Notes under the pieces: model-generated
What the model was told of the DNA's origin: nothing
The model's input: only the letters and a program-made list of their open reading frames with translations
Database searches by the model: none
Program-made: the position numbers and the translations under genes
Shown here: positions 52,673-63,052 of the stretch, one piece after another
Position numbering within the stretch: position 1 is the first letter of the stretch
Layout of the letters: every line of letters starts with the position of its first letter
Assembly (NCBI GenBank): GCA_964521235.1
Contig: CAZFRH010000002.1
Coordinates: 10,025 to 74,024 of the forward strand
From: an uncultured Gammaproteobacteria bacterium
Lineage (GTDB): Bacteria > Patescibacteriota > Patescibacteriia > 2-12-FULL-60-25
DNA: 64,000 nt
Reading direction: 5' to 3'

Positions 52673-53677
52673 TTATGAAACCTGGGACGCTTTGATTTTG
52701 GAAAACTTTTTTAGGATCTTCTTCATTCCGTTCATGTCGAGCAGTCCGGCTTGGGGGCCGATTTTTTGGACGACGCTCCAGCCGTTGGCCGTGCCGTGGC
52801 GCATGGCTTCTGGGATGTCGTGGCCTTGGGCGATGGCGCACGTAAAGGCGGTGCCGTAGCTGTCGCCGGCGCCCGTGCGTTCAACCACCGGGCCTTTGAA
52901 GATGCCGAGCTTCCAGACGCGTGAGCCGTCTGTTGCGAATGACCCTCTGGGTCCATCCGTGATGACCACGACCTTTGCCCCGAGGTGGAAAAAGTTCATG
53001 AGCATGTTTGGGATCGGGCGTTCACCGTCTTCGAGCAGGCGCGCGGCTTCTTCTTTGTTGACGATGAAGACATCACAGCGAGCGATGACGGGTTTGAGGG
53101 CTTTCAACCCGCGGCGCAGTTGCTTCGTACCAGGGTTGAACGCGAGTTTTTGTTCCGGGTGTTTCTTGAGATGGGTGAGGAGCTGGCGCTCAAGCGTCTC
53201 GTGGCCGGGGCCGAGTGAGGTGTAGTAGATCCACTTGGCGCCGTCGAGTTTGGGTAAGCGGTACTTGTGCTGATGCGCGTAGACCAGGATGGTGCGTTCG
53301 CCGTGGAAGTTGAGCACCGTCGAGTAATTCGTTTCATGTTTTGGATCCAAGGTGACGTAACGCGTATCCACGCCTTCGCGCTTCCATCCTGCGCGGATCT
53401 CGTCGCCGACCGTATCCTTTCCTACGATCGCCACGATCGCGCTCTTCAGTCCTAAACGACGCGCGCCGACCGCGGCGTTCGAGGCATTTCCCGCACCCGG
53501 GACTTTGACCACGGCTTCGACCGGGATTTTTTCGGCGTACTCGAGGCAGAGCAGGCACTGCGCGCGGTTGAGTTGGCACGAGACGGTGGCCTCGCTGATC
53601 TGGAGGAACACGTCGAGCGTCGTGTCACCGATGGCGATGAAGTCGAGCGATGGGGTCCGTTGCATGGGCACCATCAT
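52673..53677 (-). CDS. PfkB-family carbohydrate kinase
   Basis: DFIAIGDTTLDVF and a C-terminal GAGDSYGTAF anion-hole/ATP motif. Confidence 0.85.
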   Translation of the reverse strand: MMVPMQRTPSLDFIAIGDTTLDVFLQISEATVSCQLNRAQCLLCLEYAEKIPVEAVVKVPGAGNASNAAVGARRLGLKSAIVAIVGKDTVGDEIRAGWKREGVDTRYVTLDPKHETNYSTVLNFHGERTILVYAHQHKYRLPKLDGAKWIYYTSLGPGHETLERQLLTHLKKHPEQKLAFNPGTKQLRRGLKALKPVIARCDVFIVNKEEAARLLEDGERPIPNMLMNFFHLGAKVVVITDGPRGSFATDGSRVWKLGIFKGPVVERTGAGDSYGTAFTCAIAQGHDIPEAMRHGTANGWSVVQKIGPQAGLLDMNGMKKILKKFSKIKASQVS

Positions 53678-53716
53678 AGCATTGATGAAGGGGGTGAGGA
53701 ATGCGGGTTTATGGGT

Positions 53717-53799
53717 GTCATCCTGAGTCTGACGAAGGATCTCAATCCGCTCCGTACGGAGTGAGATTCTTCACTCCGTAGGACTGCGTTCAGAATGAC
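53717..53799. repeat. MITE-like palindromic repeat, variant B, second copy
   Basis: Near-identical to 49148..49230, with a few substitutions. Confidence 0.85.
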
Positions 53800-53803
53800 A
53801 CAA

Positions 53804-53847
53804 CGAAGAGATCCCTCGGCTACGCTGCTGCTCCGCTCGGGATGACA
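53804..53847. repeat. Half-copy of MITE-like repeat variant A, inverted
   Basis: CGAAGAGATCCCTCGGCTACGCTGCTGCTCCGCTCGGGATGACA matches the reverse complement of 4679..~4722. Confidence 0.75.
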
Positions 53848-53893
53848 GAGCGGAGGTCGCGGAACGTGGGGTGTGCGTGCTAGACTGGGGGTT

Positions 53894-55141
53894 ATGTTGA
53901 AGAAAACGAACCTGGCATTTGATGCGGGAGCGCTCCGTCCCGCCGTGCCAAAGCCCACCAAGGCAGAGGCGCACGCCCTCTCCCTGGCTCACGCGAACAT
54001 CGCGGAACGGGGAAAGACGGGGGAGCTTGGGTTTTTGGACCTGCCGCACGACCGTGTCGGGTTGAAGATGGTGAAGAAGCTGGCGAAGCATTTTCAGCGC
54101 TACCCGACGCTTATCGTCTTGGGCGTCGGCGGTTCGGATTTGGGCGCGCGCGCTGTCTTGCAGGCGTTGCCGCAAAAGCGCCATGTCATCTTCGCCGGCG
54201 ACACGACGGACCCTGTGGCGGTGCACGAGGCATTCAAAGATGTGGACTGGAAACAGACGGCGGTGAACGTCATTTCAAAATCTGGGGGGAGCGTTGAGAC
54301 GCTTTCGGCGTTTGGCATCGCGTATGACCAGTTGTGTCGCGCGTTGGGTAAGAAAGAAGCGGCGGCACGCATCATCGTCACGACAGACGCAGAAGAGGGG
54401 ATGTTGCGGAAGTTTGTGAACGATATCGGATGCGCTTCGTTGGATGTGCCGCACAATGTAGGTGGACGTTTTTCCGTCCTCTCGTCCGTCGGATTGTTCC
54501 CGTGTGCTTGGGCGGGTGTTGATGTCGCTGGTTTGTTGGAAGGTGCGACACAAGCTTCGTCTTCGCCGCTCGCCGTCCACTTAGCGGAAACGCTTATTGG
54601 TGCTTACGCGCAGAAAAAGACGACGTGGGTGTTCATGCCGTACTCGCGGCGGCTGGTCGGTTTTACGTTGTGGATGCGCCAGCTCATCGCCGAAAGTCTG
54701 GGGAAGAAAAAAGGGTCGCGCGGGATCGGGCCGACGCCGCTCGTGTCCGAAGGGCCGACGGACCAGCACTCGCAACTCCAGCTCTATAGGGAAGGACCGG
54801 ACGACAAGCTCTTCCTGTTCTTTACGCTCAAGAACCACGGGATGGATGTGCGTGTCCCTGCTTTGCCGGACATGCTCGCGCCTGCACAGCTTTCCGGCGT
54901 CCGCTTGTCGGAATTGGTCGCTACGGAACATCGGACAACGGTCGAGACCCTTTCATCCGTCCGACGTCCTTCTGCGACGATCCAGCTTGAAAAACTAAGT
55001 GCGAGGTCTCTTGGTGAATTATTGCAAAGTTGCATGCTTGCGATAGCCTACGTGGGAGAAGTTTTGGGAATCAACGCCTTTGACCAGCCCGGTGTTGAGG
55101 ACAGCAAGCGGAGGATCAAGGAGTGGCTGAAACGCCGTTGA
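53894..55141 (+). CDS. pgi: Glucose-6-phosphate isomerase
   Basis: ISKSGGSVETL, GGRFSVLSSVG and EGPTDQHSQLQLYREG. The start is set at the ATG at 53894. Confidence 0.88.
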   Translation: MLKKTNLAFDAGALRPAVPKPTKAEAHALSLAHANIAERGKTGELGFLDLPHDRVGLKMVKKLAKHFQRYPTLIVLGVGGSDLGARAVLQALPQKRHVIFAGDTTDPVAVHEAFKDVDWKQTAVNVISKSGGSVETLSAFGIAYDQLCRALGKKEAAARIIVTTDAEEGMLRKFVNDIGCASLDVPHNVGGRFSVLSSVGLFPCAWAGVDVAGLLEGATQASSSPLAVHLAETLIGAYAQKKTTWVFMPYSRRLVGFTLWMRQLIAESLGKKKGSRGIGPTPLVSEGPTDQHSQLQLYREGPDDKLFLFFTLKNHGMDVRVPALPDMLAPAQLSGVRLSELVATEHRTTVETLSSVRRPSATIQLEKLSARSLGELLQSCMLAIAYVGEVLGINAFDQPGVEDSKRRIKEWLKRR

Positions 55142-55210
55142 CGCCTTTCGGATCGCGCGTGATAATACAGCTGACATTATTCTTTTCGACCACAGGGTCA
55201 CAGAAATCGT

Positions 55211-55528
55211 ATGGCAAAGAAATCCCACATCGGAGCCGGCCTCGCCGCTGGCGCCATCCTCGGCCTCGCCGCTGGCCTCTTTCTCCAATCACGCAAGGGC
55301 AAGGAGCTCACGCGCGACGCGCAAAAGAAGGCGATGCTTTTGCAGAAGCAGGTGATGAAAAAATTGAAGAACGTCACAGAGATGACGAAGGGTGATTACG
55401 AGGAGTTGGTTGACCACGTCCTCGACTACTACACCAAGACCAAAGAGGTGGCGAAAAAGGAATTGCCGGAGATCCGCACGTTCCTTATGAAGCGCTGGAA
55501 GGACATCGAAGGCGAGCTCAAGAAATAA
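55211..55528 (+). CDS. YtxH domain-containing protein
   Basis: N-terminal GAGLAAGAILGLAAGLFL followed by a Lys/Glu-rich helix. Confidence 0.75.
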   Translation: MAKKSHIGAGLAAGAILGLAAGLFLQSRKGKELTRDAQKKAMLLQKQVMKKLKNVTEMTKGDYEELVDHVLDYYTKTKEVAKKELPEIRTFLMKRWKDIEGELKK

Positions 55529-56256
55529 TGAAGCGACATCGGTTCATTGTCCCATTCGACCAGACGCAGACTTCTCTGCGTCTTTTCGAAACGGAGTTGG
55601 TGCGGCAGATCACGTTGGTTTTGAAATTGAAGGTGGGGGAGGAAATCGTGTTGTGTGACGGCAAGGGGAAAGAAGCCGTTGTCCGTCTGACGTCCGTGGA
55701 GAAAAAAGAGGTGACGGGCGAAGTGATCGAACGGATGGAGAATACGAACGAGCCAACGCGCCACGTCGTTTTGTATTGCGCCGTCTTGAAGCGTGAGAAT
55801 TTTGAGCTGGTGGTACAAAAAGCTTCGGAAGTCGGGGTGGCCGAAATCGTGCCGCTCATCACACGTCGCACAGTAAAAACGGGATTGAAGTTGGAACGCT
55901 TGCGCCAGATTGCCAAAGAAGCGGCGGAACAGTCTGGCCGCGGTATCGTCCCCGTCGTTCACGAAGCAGTTGGATTTGAGGAAGCGATTGAGCAAGCGAA
56001 GAAGCTCGACGACGTTTTCTTTTTGGATATGAACGGCGCTGTCATTCCCGTGAAAACGGGAATCCAGCGAAACAAAAAGGTTGCCCTGTTCGTCGGTCCC
56101 GAAGGCGGTTGGGATCCTGACGAAGTCGCTCAAGCAAAACGCGCTGGGTTCACCAGCGCGTCGCTTGGAAAGCTTGTGTTGCGGGCGGAGACGGCGGCGG
56201 TTGTGGGGACGTACTTAATGACGATGAAAAACGTTTTTGATTCTGATCATTCCTGA
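55528..56256 (+). CDS. rsmE: 16S rRNA (uracil1498-N3)-methyltransferase
   Basis: MKRHRFIV, PUA-like N-terminus, LVVQKASEVGV and FVGPEGGW. Confidence 0.9.
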   Translation: MKRHRFIVPFDQTQTSLRLFETELVRQITLVLKLKVGEEIVLCDGKGKEAVVRLTSVEKKEVTGEVIERMENTNEPTRHVVLYCAVLKRENFELVVQKASEVGVAEIVPLITRRTVKTGLKLERLRQIAKEAAEQSGRGIVPVVHEAVGFEEAIEQAKKLDDVFFLDMNGAVIPVKTGIQRNKKVALFVGPEGGWDPDEVAQAKRAGFTSASLGKLVLRAETAAVVGTYLMTMKNVFDSDHS

Positions 56257-57353
56257 ATCCAGCTGGTTTTCCCATCAAAGGTCAATCGGCGTATAAAGAC
56301 CTTTTTTCCCTTAGCGTCTCGTACCGTCAAGAATAAGCCATGGCCAGCATCGAACAGCATGGAAGTTTTTTGAACGCTGAAAACATACGGATTGGTTATT
56401 CCGATGCGTTTGAGCAGGGCTTCGTCAACGGGAATCTGTTCAGCCTTATCGGCCTCGAATTTTTTTATCCAAAGTTGATCCAACGTACCGTCCTCGTGGA
56501 CAACAAAAGCGACAGACTTACCATCTACATCGATTGAGGCGGATGTGATATAGGCTTTCGTCCCTGTCGAGAGTTCAAACAGTAATTTCGTTTCCTCTTC
56601 CGGATGGTATGTTTGCATGGGGAAGGTCAAAATCCTCGCTGTACCGGAGGCAGATGATATCGGTCGTTCAAACCAAACGGCTAGGTTTACTTGGGGGTCA
56701 GCATCTAGGAGAGAACCGTATTTATCAGGTGGATAATAACCGCCATACGGGTTGATGTAGTTAGAGGGGTAACTATTTGGATTATCCACATCGAGACGCG
56801 CCACCCCGCCACCCCGTATCCATCCGTAGACTTGTTCCCAGGACGTTGATTCATCCGGGGTTTCGGCTCCCGATACCAGGTAAAGGGATTTTCCATCGTT
56901 GCTCCAACCTAGAGGAGATAATTCTGTCAGGTTTCCTTCCCCGCGTTCAAACCAATCCAGGTAGATGTATTTGTTGGCCTTGCCTTTTAGGTTGATGAGT
57001 TCTAAGTAGTCATTTCTGTATCGGCTCAACGGTCCAGTGCCTATGGTGAGTGTGCTTAAGAGCCATTCTTCATCCGGGCTGATGAGTGGATGGCCGTTTC
57101 TTTTCGTCGATTGATCAAGTAAGGGCGAAACGATGAGGGACGTCGTCGGAAGCGCCGGAAGCCCTGTTTCTTCATTCGTCGTGGAATTTTCTAGATTTTG
57201 ATTGTTAGCTCCATCTCCAGATTCTTGTTCGGTCGAAACTGCGTCCCAGTAATCCTTTAAGTGCAGTAGATCCGGCCGGATATACACGACGAGAAGGGAG
57301 CTCGCAACGATTATTATTACGAACGCTACAATCAAGAGCCTTCTTTTTTGCAT
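56247..57353 (-). CDS. Membrane-anchored hypothetical protein, possibly propeller-like, lower GC
   Basis: 368 aa with an N-terminal TM segment (LLIVAFVIIIVASSLLVVY). Its composition is more AT-rich than the neighbours. Confidence 0.65.
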   Translation of the reverse strand: MQKRRLLIVAFVIIIVASSLLVVYIRPDLLHLKDYWDAVSTEQESGDGANNQNLENSTTNEETGLPALPTTSLIVSPLLDQSTKRNGHPLISPDEEWLLSTLTIGTGPLSRYRNDYLELINLKGKANKYIYLDWFERGEGNLTELSPLGWSNDGKSLYLVSGAETPDESTSWEQVYGWIRGGGVARLDVDNPNSYPSNYINPYGGYYPPDKYGSLLDADPQVNLAVWFERPISSASGTARILTFPMQTYHPEEETKLLFELSTGTKAYITSASIDVDGKSVAFVVHEDGTLDQLWIKKFEADKAEQIPVDEALLKRIGITNPYVFSVQKTSMLFDAGHGLFLTVRDAKGKKVFIRRLTFDGKTSWIQE

Positions 57354-57495
57354 ATGTGTCTGTTGATGACGATTGTAGCATAATCATATGTAGCACCTTG
57401 CATGGACATTTCGTTAGCCGCCCCCCTATTTTTCACTTTTATGTCCCTTGACGCATGACGCTGTCCGTGGTAGGAAATATATTGAATATGAATAT

Positions 57496-57569
57496 GCACC
57501 TGATTTATTCGGCCAAGCGCGGCACTGATGTGCCGGCGCAGGTTTTGGCATTCCCGTTCCATCAGGTGC
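57496..57569 (+). promoter_or_regulatory. Structured 5' leader element of unknown class upstream of the MFS transporter
   Basis: A 9-bp closing stem GCACCTGAT/ATCAGGTGC encloses GCCAA-GCGC-GGCAC-TGAT-GTGCC-G-GCGC..TTGGC. Confidence 0.45.
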
Positions 57570-57606
57570 TTACAGACTGTTAACCACGGTTTTTAGCTCC
57601 GAATCG

Positions 57607-57631
57607 GCCCGGGAATACCCCCGGGCTTTTT
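57607..57631 (+). terminator. Intrinsic terminator/attenuator 25 nt before the MFS start codon
   Basis: GCCCGGG-AATACC-CCCGGGC followed by TTTTT, then AAGGAG and the ATG at 57656. Confidence 0.7.
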
Positions 57632-57655
57632 CGTCCTTTCGACAAGGAGCGTGCG

Positions 57656-58831
57656 ATGCATCCGGCGCGAGCCTATCTGATCTTCTCGTTCGGCATGGGC
57701 ATGGCGACGTGCTTCTCTGCCACGACCTATGTTCCGTATCTGCGGACACTCGGCCTCACCATGGCTGACGTGACGTTGATCAACGCCGTCTTCTGGGCCG
57801 TGATCACGATCGCCGAAGTCCCAACCGGCCTCTTGGCTGATGCGAGGAGCCGCAGCTGGTCCATCCGTGCAGGGATCCTCCTGCTCTGCCTCTCGTCCTT
57901 CGCGTATGTCTTTTTCGTGAAGGGGATCGTGACGGCGCTGGTCATCGAGCTGAATAGCGGTATCGGATTCGCCTTCCTCTCTGGAGCGCAGACGGCCTGG
58001 GCCACGGATGCGCTCGACAAACGTGGTGAATCCCATCGGCTGCAGCGCACGTTGTCCCATTCCGCCATGTTACGGTCAGCGGGCGCCCTTGTCGGAGGGG
58101 TCGTGGGCGGTTGGCTGGGCACGGTGAGCCTCCGCCTCCCGTTTTTCATCGACGGGATCGTCTGTTTCGTTCTTTTCATCTTCGTCCTTTGTACGATGCG
58201 ATCCGATGGCGAACCAACCGAACGAGAAACGGAACGGAAGGCGTTGTCCGCAAGCCTCCTAGCCTTGAAAGCGCAACCTGCACTGCGTTGGATCCTGGTC
58301 GCGGGCATGCTGGTTGGCTTTGTCCTCCCTTACAACCTCGGATGGGCCGTGTATTCGCGTGAACGGTTTGGGGCTTGGTCCGTCTCGTGGATCTGGGCGT
58401 TCCTCCTCCTCGCCCTGATCGCTGGCGGTTACCTTTCACGCAACCGTAGCATAGCCAAGTCGCGGCTGCTGCATGCGATCAGCTTAAGCCTCGGTTGCAT
58501 GGGCGTCGGCATGGTCGTCGTAGGATCGACGCCAAGCCCCATGTTCTTTTTGGTCGGTGTAGGTATGCATGAGGTCTCTAGCGGAGTCTACGGGGTGGTG
58601 TCAGAAGTATTCGTTCAAGAGCGTATCGGGAGCTCGTACCGCGCAACCTTTGGCTCGCTGAATTCTTTGTTCAGCAAGCTCGGATACGCGCTCGTGTTGG
58701 GAGGCGCGACCCTGCTCTTCGGCAGTTCGTCCGATCCCGCGCATATCCAAGGCGTGTGGATGGTTATGGGCGCCTTGCTCGCTGCCTCGGCCTCTAGCCT
58801 TTGGCTCTTCCGTCCGCGTCTATCTTCTTAA
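57656..58831 (+). CDS. MFS transporter
   Basis: 391 aa with about 12 TM segments and an MFS-like loop GLLADARSRSW. Confidence 0.85.
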   Translation: MHPARAYLIFSFGMGMATCFSATTYVPYLRTLGLTMADVTLINAVFWAVITIAEVPTGLLADARSRSWSIRAGILLLCLSSFAYVFFVKGIVTALVIELNSGIGFAFLSGAQTAWATDALDKRGESHRLQRTLSHSAMLRSAGALVGGVVGGWLGTVSLRLPFFIDGIVCFVLFIFVLCTMRSDGEPTERETERKALSASLLALKAQPALRWILVAGMLVGFVLPYNLGWAVYSRERFGAWSVSWIWAFLLLALIAGGYLSRNRSIAKSRLLHAISLSLGCMGVGMVVVGSTPSPMFFLVGVGMHEVSSGVYGVVSEVFVQERIGSSYRATFGSLNSLFSKLGYALVLGGATLLFGSSSDPAHIQGVWMVMGALLAASASSLWLFRPRLSS

Positions 58832-58833
58832 GT

Positions 58834-58868
58834 AAAGCCCCCACTTCCGTCCTGGAAGCGGGGGCTTT
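58834..58868. terminator. Hairpin between convergent MFS and clpB genes
   Basis: AAAGCCCCCACTTCC-GTCCT-GGAAGCGGGGGCTTT. Confidence 0.8.
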
Positions 58869-58879
58869 CTCTTACTGTT

Positions 58880-61519
<2,640 letters not shown>

Positions 61520-61525
61520 AGGCGG

Positions 61526-61552
61526 TTAGCACTCTCAATAGGAGACTGCTAA
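61526..61552. promoter_or_regulatory. CIRCE (HrcA operator) inverted repeat upstream of clpB
   Basis: TTAGCACTC-N9-GACTGCTAA compared with the consensus TTAGCACTC-N9-GAGTGCTAA gives one mismatch. It lies 6 nt from the clpB ATG. Confidence 0.7.
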
Positions 61553-61578
61553 CAGCATACCCAAGCCTTTGTGACGCG

Positions 61579-62313
61579 TCAATTCCCGTCCGTCGGCGGC
61601 CAAAGGGTGATCTCTTGGTTGAAGTCGCGGTAACGGATTTCGATGGGGCCGGTCGGCGTATCCACGGCGATGAGCGTCGGAAGCTTGTCCGCGATGCAGA
61701 TGCGCGCCGTGATGGTTGTGCCGTCGGCGGCGGCTTGGCTGAAGGTATAGAGGATGCAACCGGACGGGTCATCGCCGACAGACACGATCTTGGCGCTGTC
61801 GAGGATGGTGATGGTCGGGCGTTCTTCATCACCGGCGAGGGCGCTATGGAAGAAGGTGGCGAGACGCGCCCCTTCGCCCGTCAGCCCGACATTCGTCCAG
61901 CTGGAGGTGCCGTTCCGGACGTACACGTCAGACCCAAAGACATAGAGTTCGGATGCCGGAGCGCCGGGGACCGTGAGCGTCCCGTGCCAGCCGCCATCGC
62001 GGTTGACCTCGAGGTCTCCCCGGATGGCCGTTTGTTCTCCCGTCGGGATGGAGAGGTTCGCGCGGAAGGACGTGATGCGTGACAGGTTGGCCAAGGCCTC
62101 GCGCATGAGGGTGACTTCGCGTGGGGTCGGTCGCTCCGTGTCCGGTCGGCGTGGTTCGCGGATGTCCGTCTCCGTTGCAGCGCTGGGCTGGGAGTCGCGC
62201 GCCAAGGGGAGCGGGGGGACGGGCGTCGGTTCTGGCCGACGGCAGCCAAGCCCGAGGAGCGCTAGGGATAACGTCCCAACAACCAATGGCAGGCGCAAAG
62301 CGCTGGCAGTCAT
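61579..62313 (-). CDS. Hypothetical lipoprotein, 244 aa
   Basis: MTASALRLPLVVGTLSLALLGLGC lipobox. The start is set at the internal ATG. Confidence 0.65.
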   Translation of the reverse strand: MTASALRLPLVVGTLSLALLGLGCRRPEPTPVPPLPLARDSQPSAATETDIREPRRPDTERPTPREVTLMREALANLSRITSFRANLSIPTGEQTAIRGDLEVNRDGGWHGTLTVPGAPASELYVFGSDVYVRNGTSSWTNVGLTGEGARLATFFHSALAGDEERPTITILDSAKIVSVGDDPSGCILYTFSQAAADGTTITARICIADKLPTLIAVDTPTGPIEIRYRDFNQEITLWPPTDGN

Positions 62314-62377
62314 GCGCCCATTGTAACACGGCGGCCTCGGCTTCGCTTTTTCGCGTAAAACCTGGTACAACGGGCGC

Positions 62378-63049
62378 ATGTCCGGAACCCTGTACGTGGT
62401 CGCGACCCCGATCGGCAACCTGGAAGACCTGACGCTCCGCGCCCAACGCGTCTTGTCTGAGGTTGGGATGATCGCCTGCGAAGACACGCGGGTCACGTCC
62501 AAGCTTTTGGCGCACCTCAAGATCAAGAAGCCGCTTCTCGCCCTGCACCAGCATTCGGGTGCCGGACACTTCCGTCGCTTGATGGAGGAGTTGGGGCGAG
62601 GGACGGACGTCGCTTATGTGTGTGATGCGGGGACGCCCGGCATGAACGACCCCGGAGGCCAGCTTGTCGAAGCGTGTGCGGAACATGGGATCCCGGTCGT
62701 GCCGATCCCGGGCGCGTCCTCCCTGACCGCAGCGATTTCCGTCTGCGGTTTTCCCATGGATGATTTTACCTACGTCGGTTTTATCCCGCATAAGAAAGGA
62801 CGCGAGACGCTGTTCCGCGAGATCGCCGAGCGGGAAACGCCGACCATCTTTTTGGAATCCACGCACCGCATTATGAAGACCTTGGACCAGCTCGCGTTAG
62901 CCTTGCAGAAAGACCGCAAGGTGTTTGTGGGCCGTGAGTTGACCAAGCTGCATGAGACACTGTACCGCGGCACGGTTGACGAAGTGCGTGTGTCCATCCA
63001 AAGTACCAGTTCGAAAGGGGAATTCATTGTCATTGTCGCGCCAGCCTAA
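62378..63049 (+). CDS. rsmI: 16S rRNA (cytidine1402-2'-O)-methyltransferase
   Basis: GTLYVVATPIGNLEDLTLRA and ACEDTRVTSKLL. Confidence 0.93.
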   Translation: MSGTLYVVATPIGNLEDLTLRAQRVLSEVGMIACEDTRVTSKLLAHLKIKKPLLALHQHSGAGHFRRLMEELGRGTDVAYVCDAGTPGMNDPGGQLVEACAEHGIPVVPIPGASSLTAAISVCGFPMDDFTYVGFIPHKKGRETLFREIAERETPTIFLESTHRIMKTLDQLALALQKDRKVFVGRELTKLHETLYRGTVDEVRVSIQSTSSKGEFIVIVAPA

Positions 63050-63052
63050 CGT

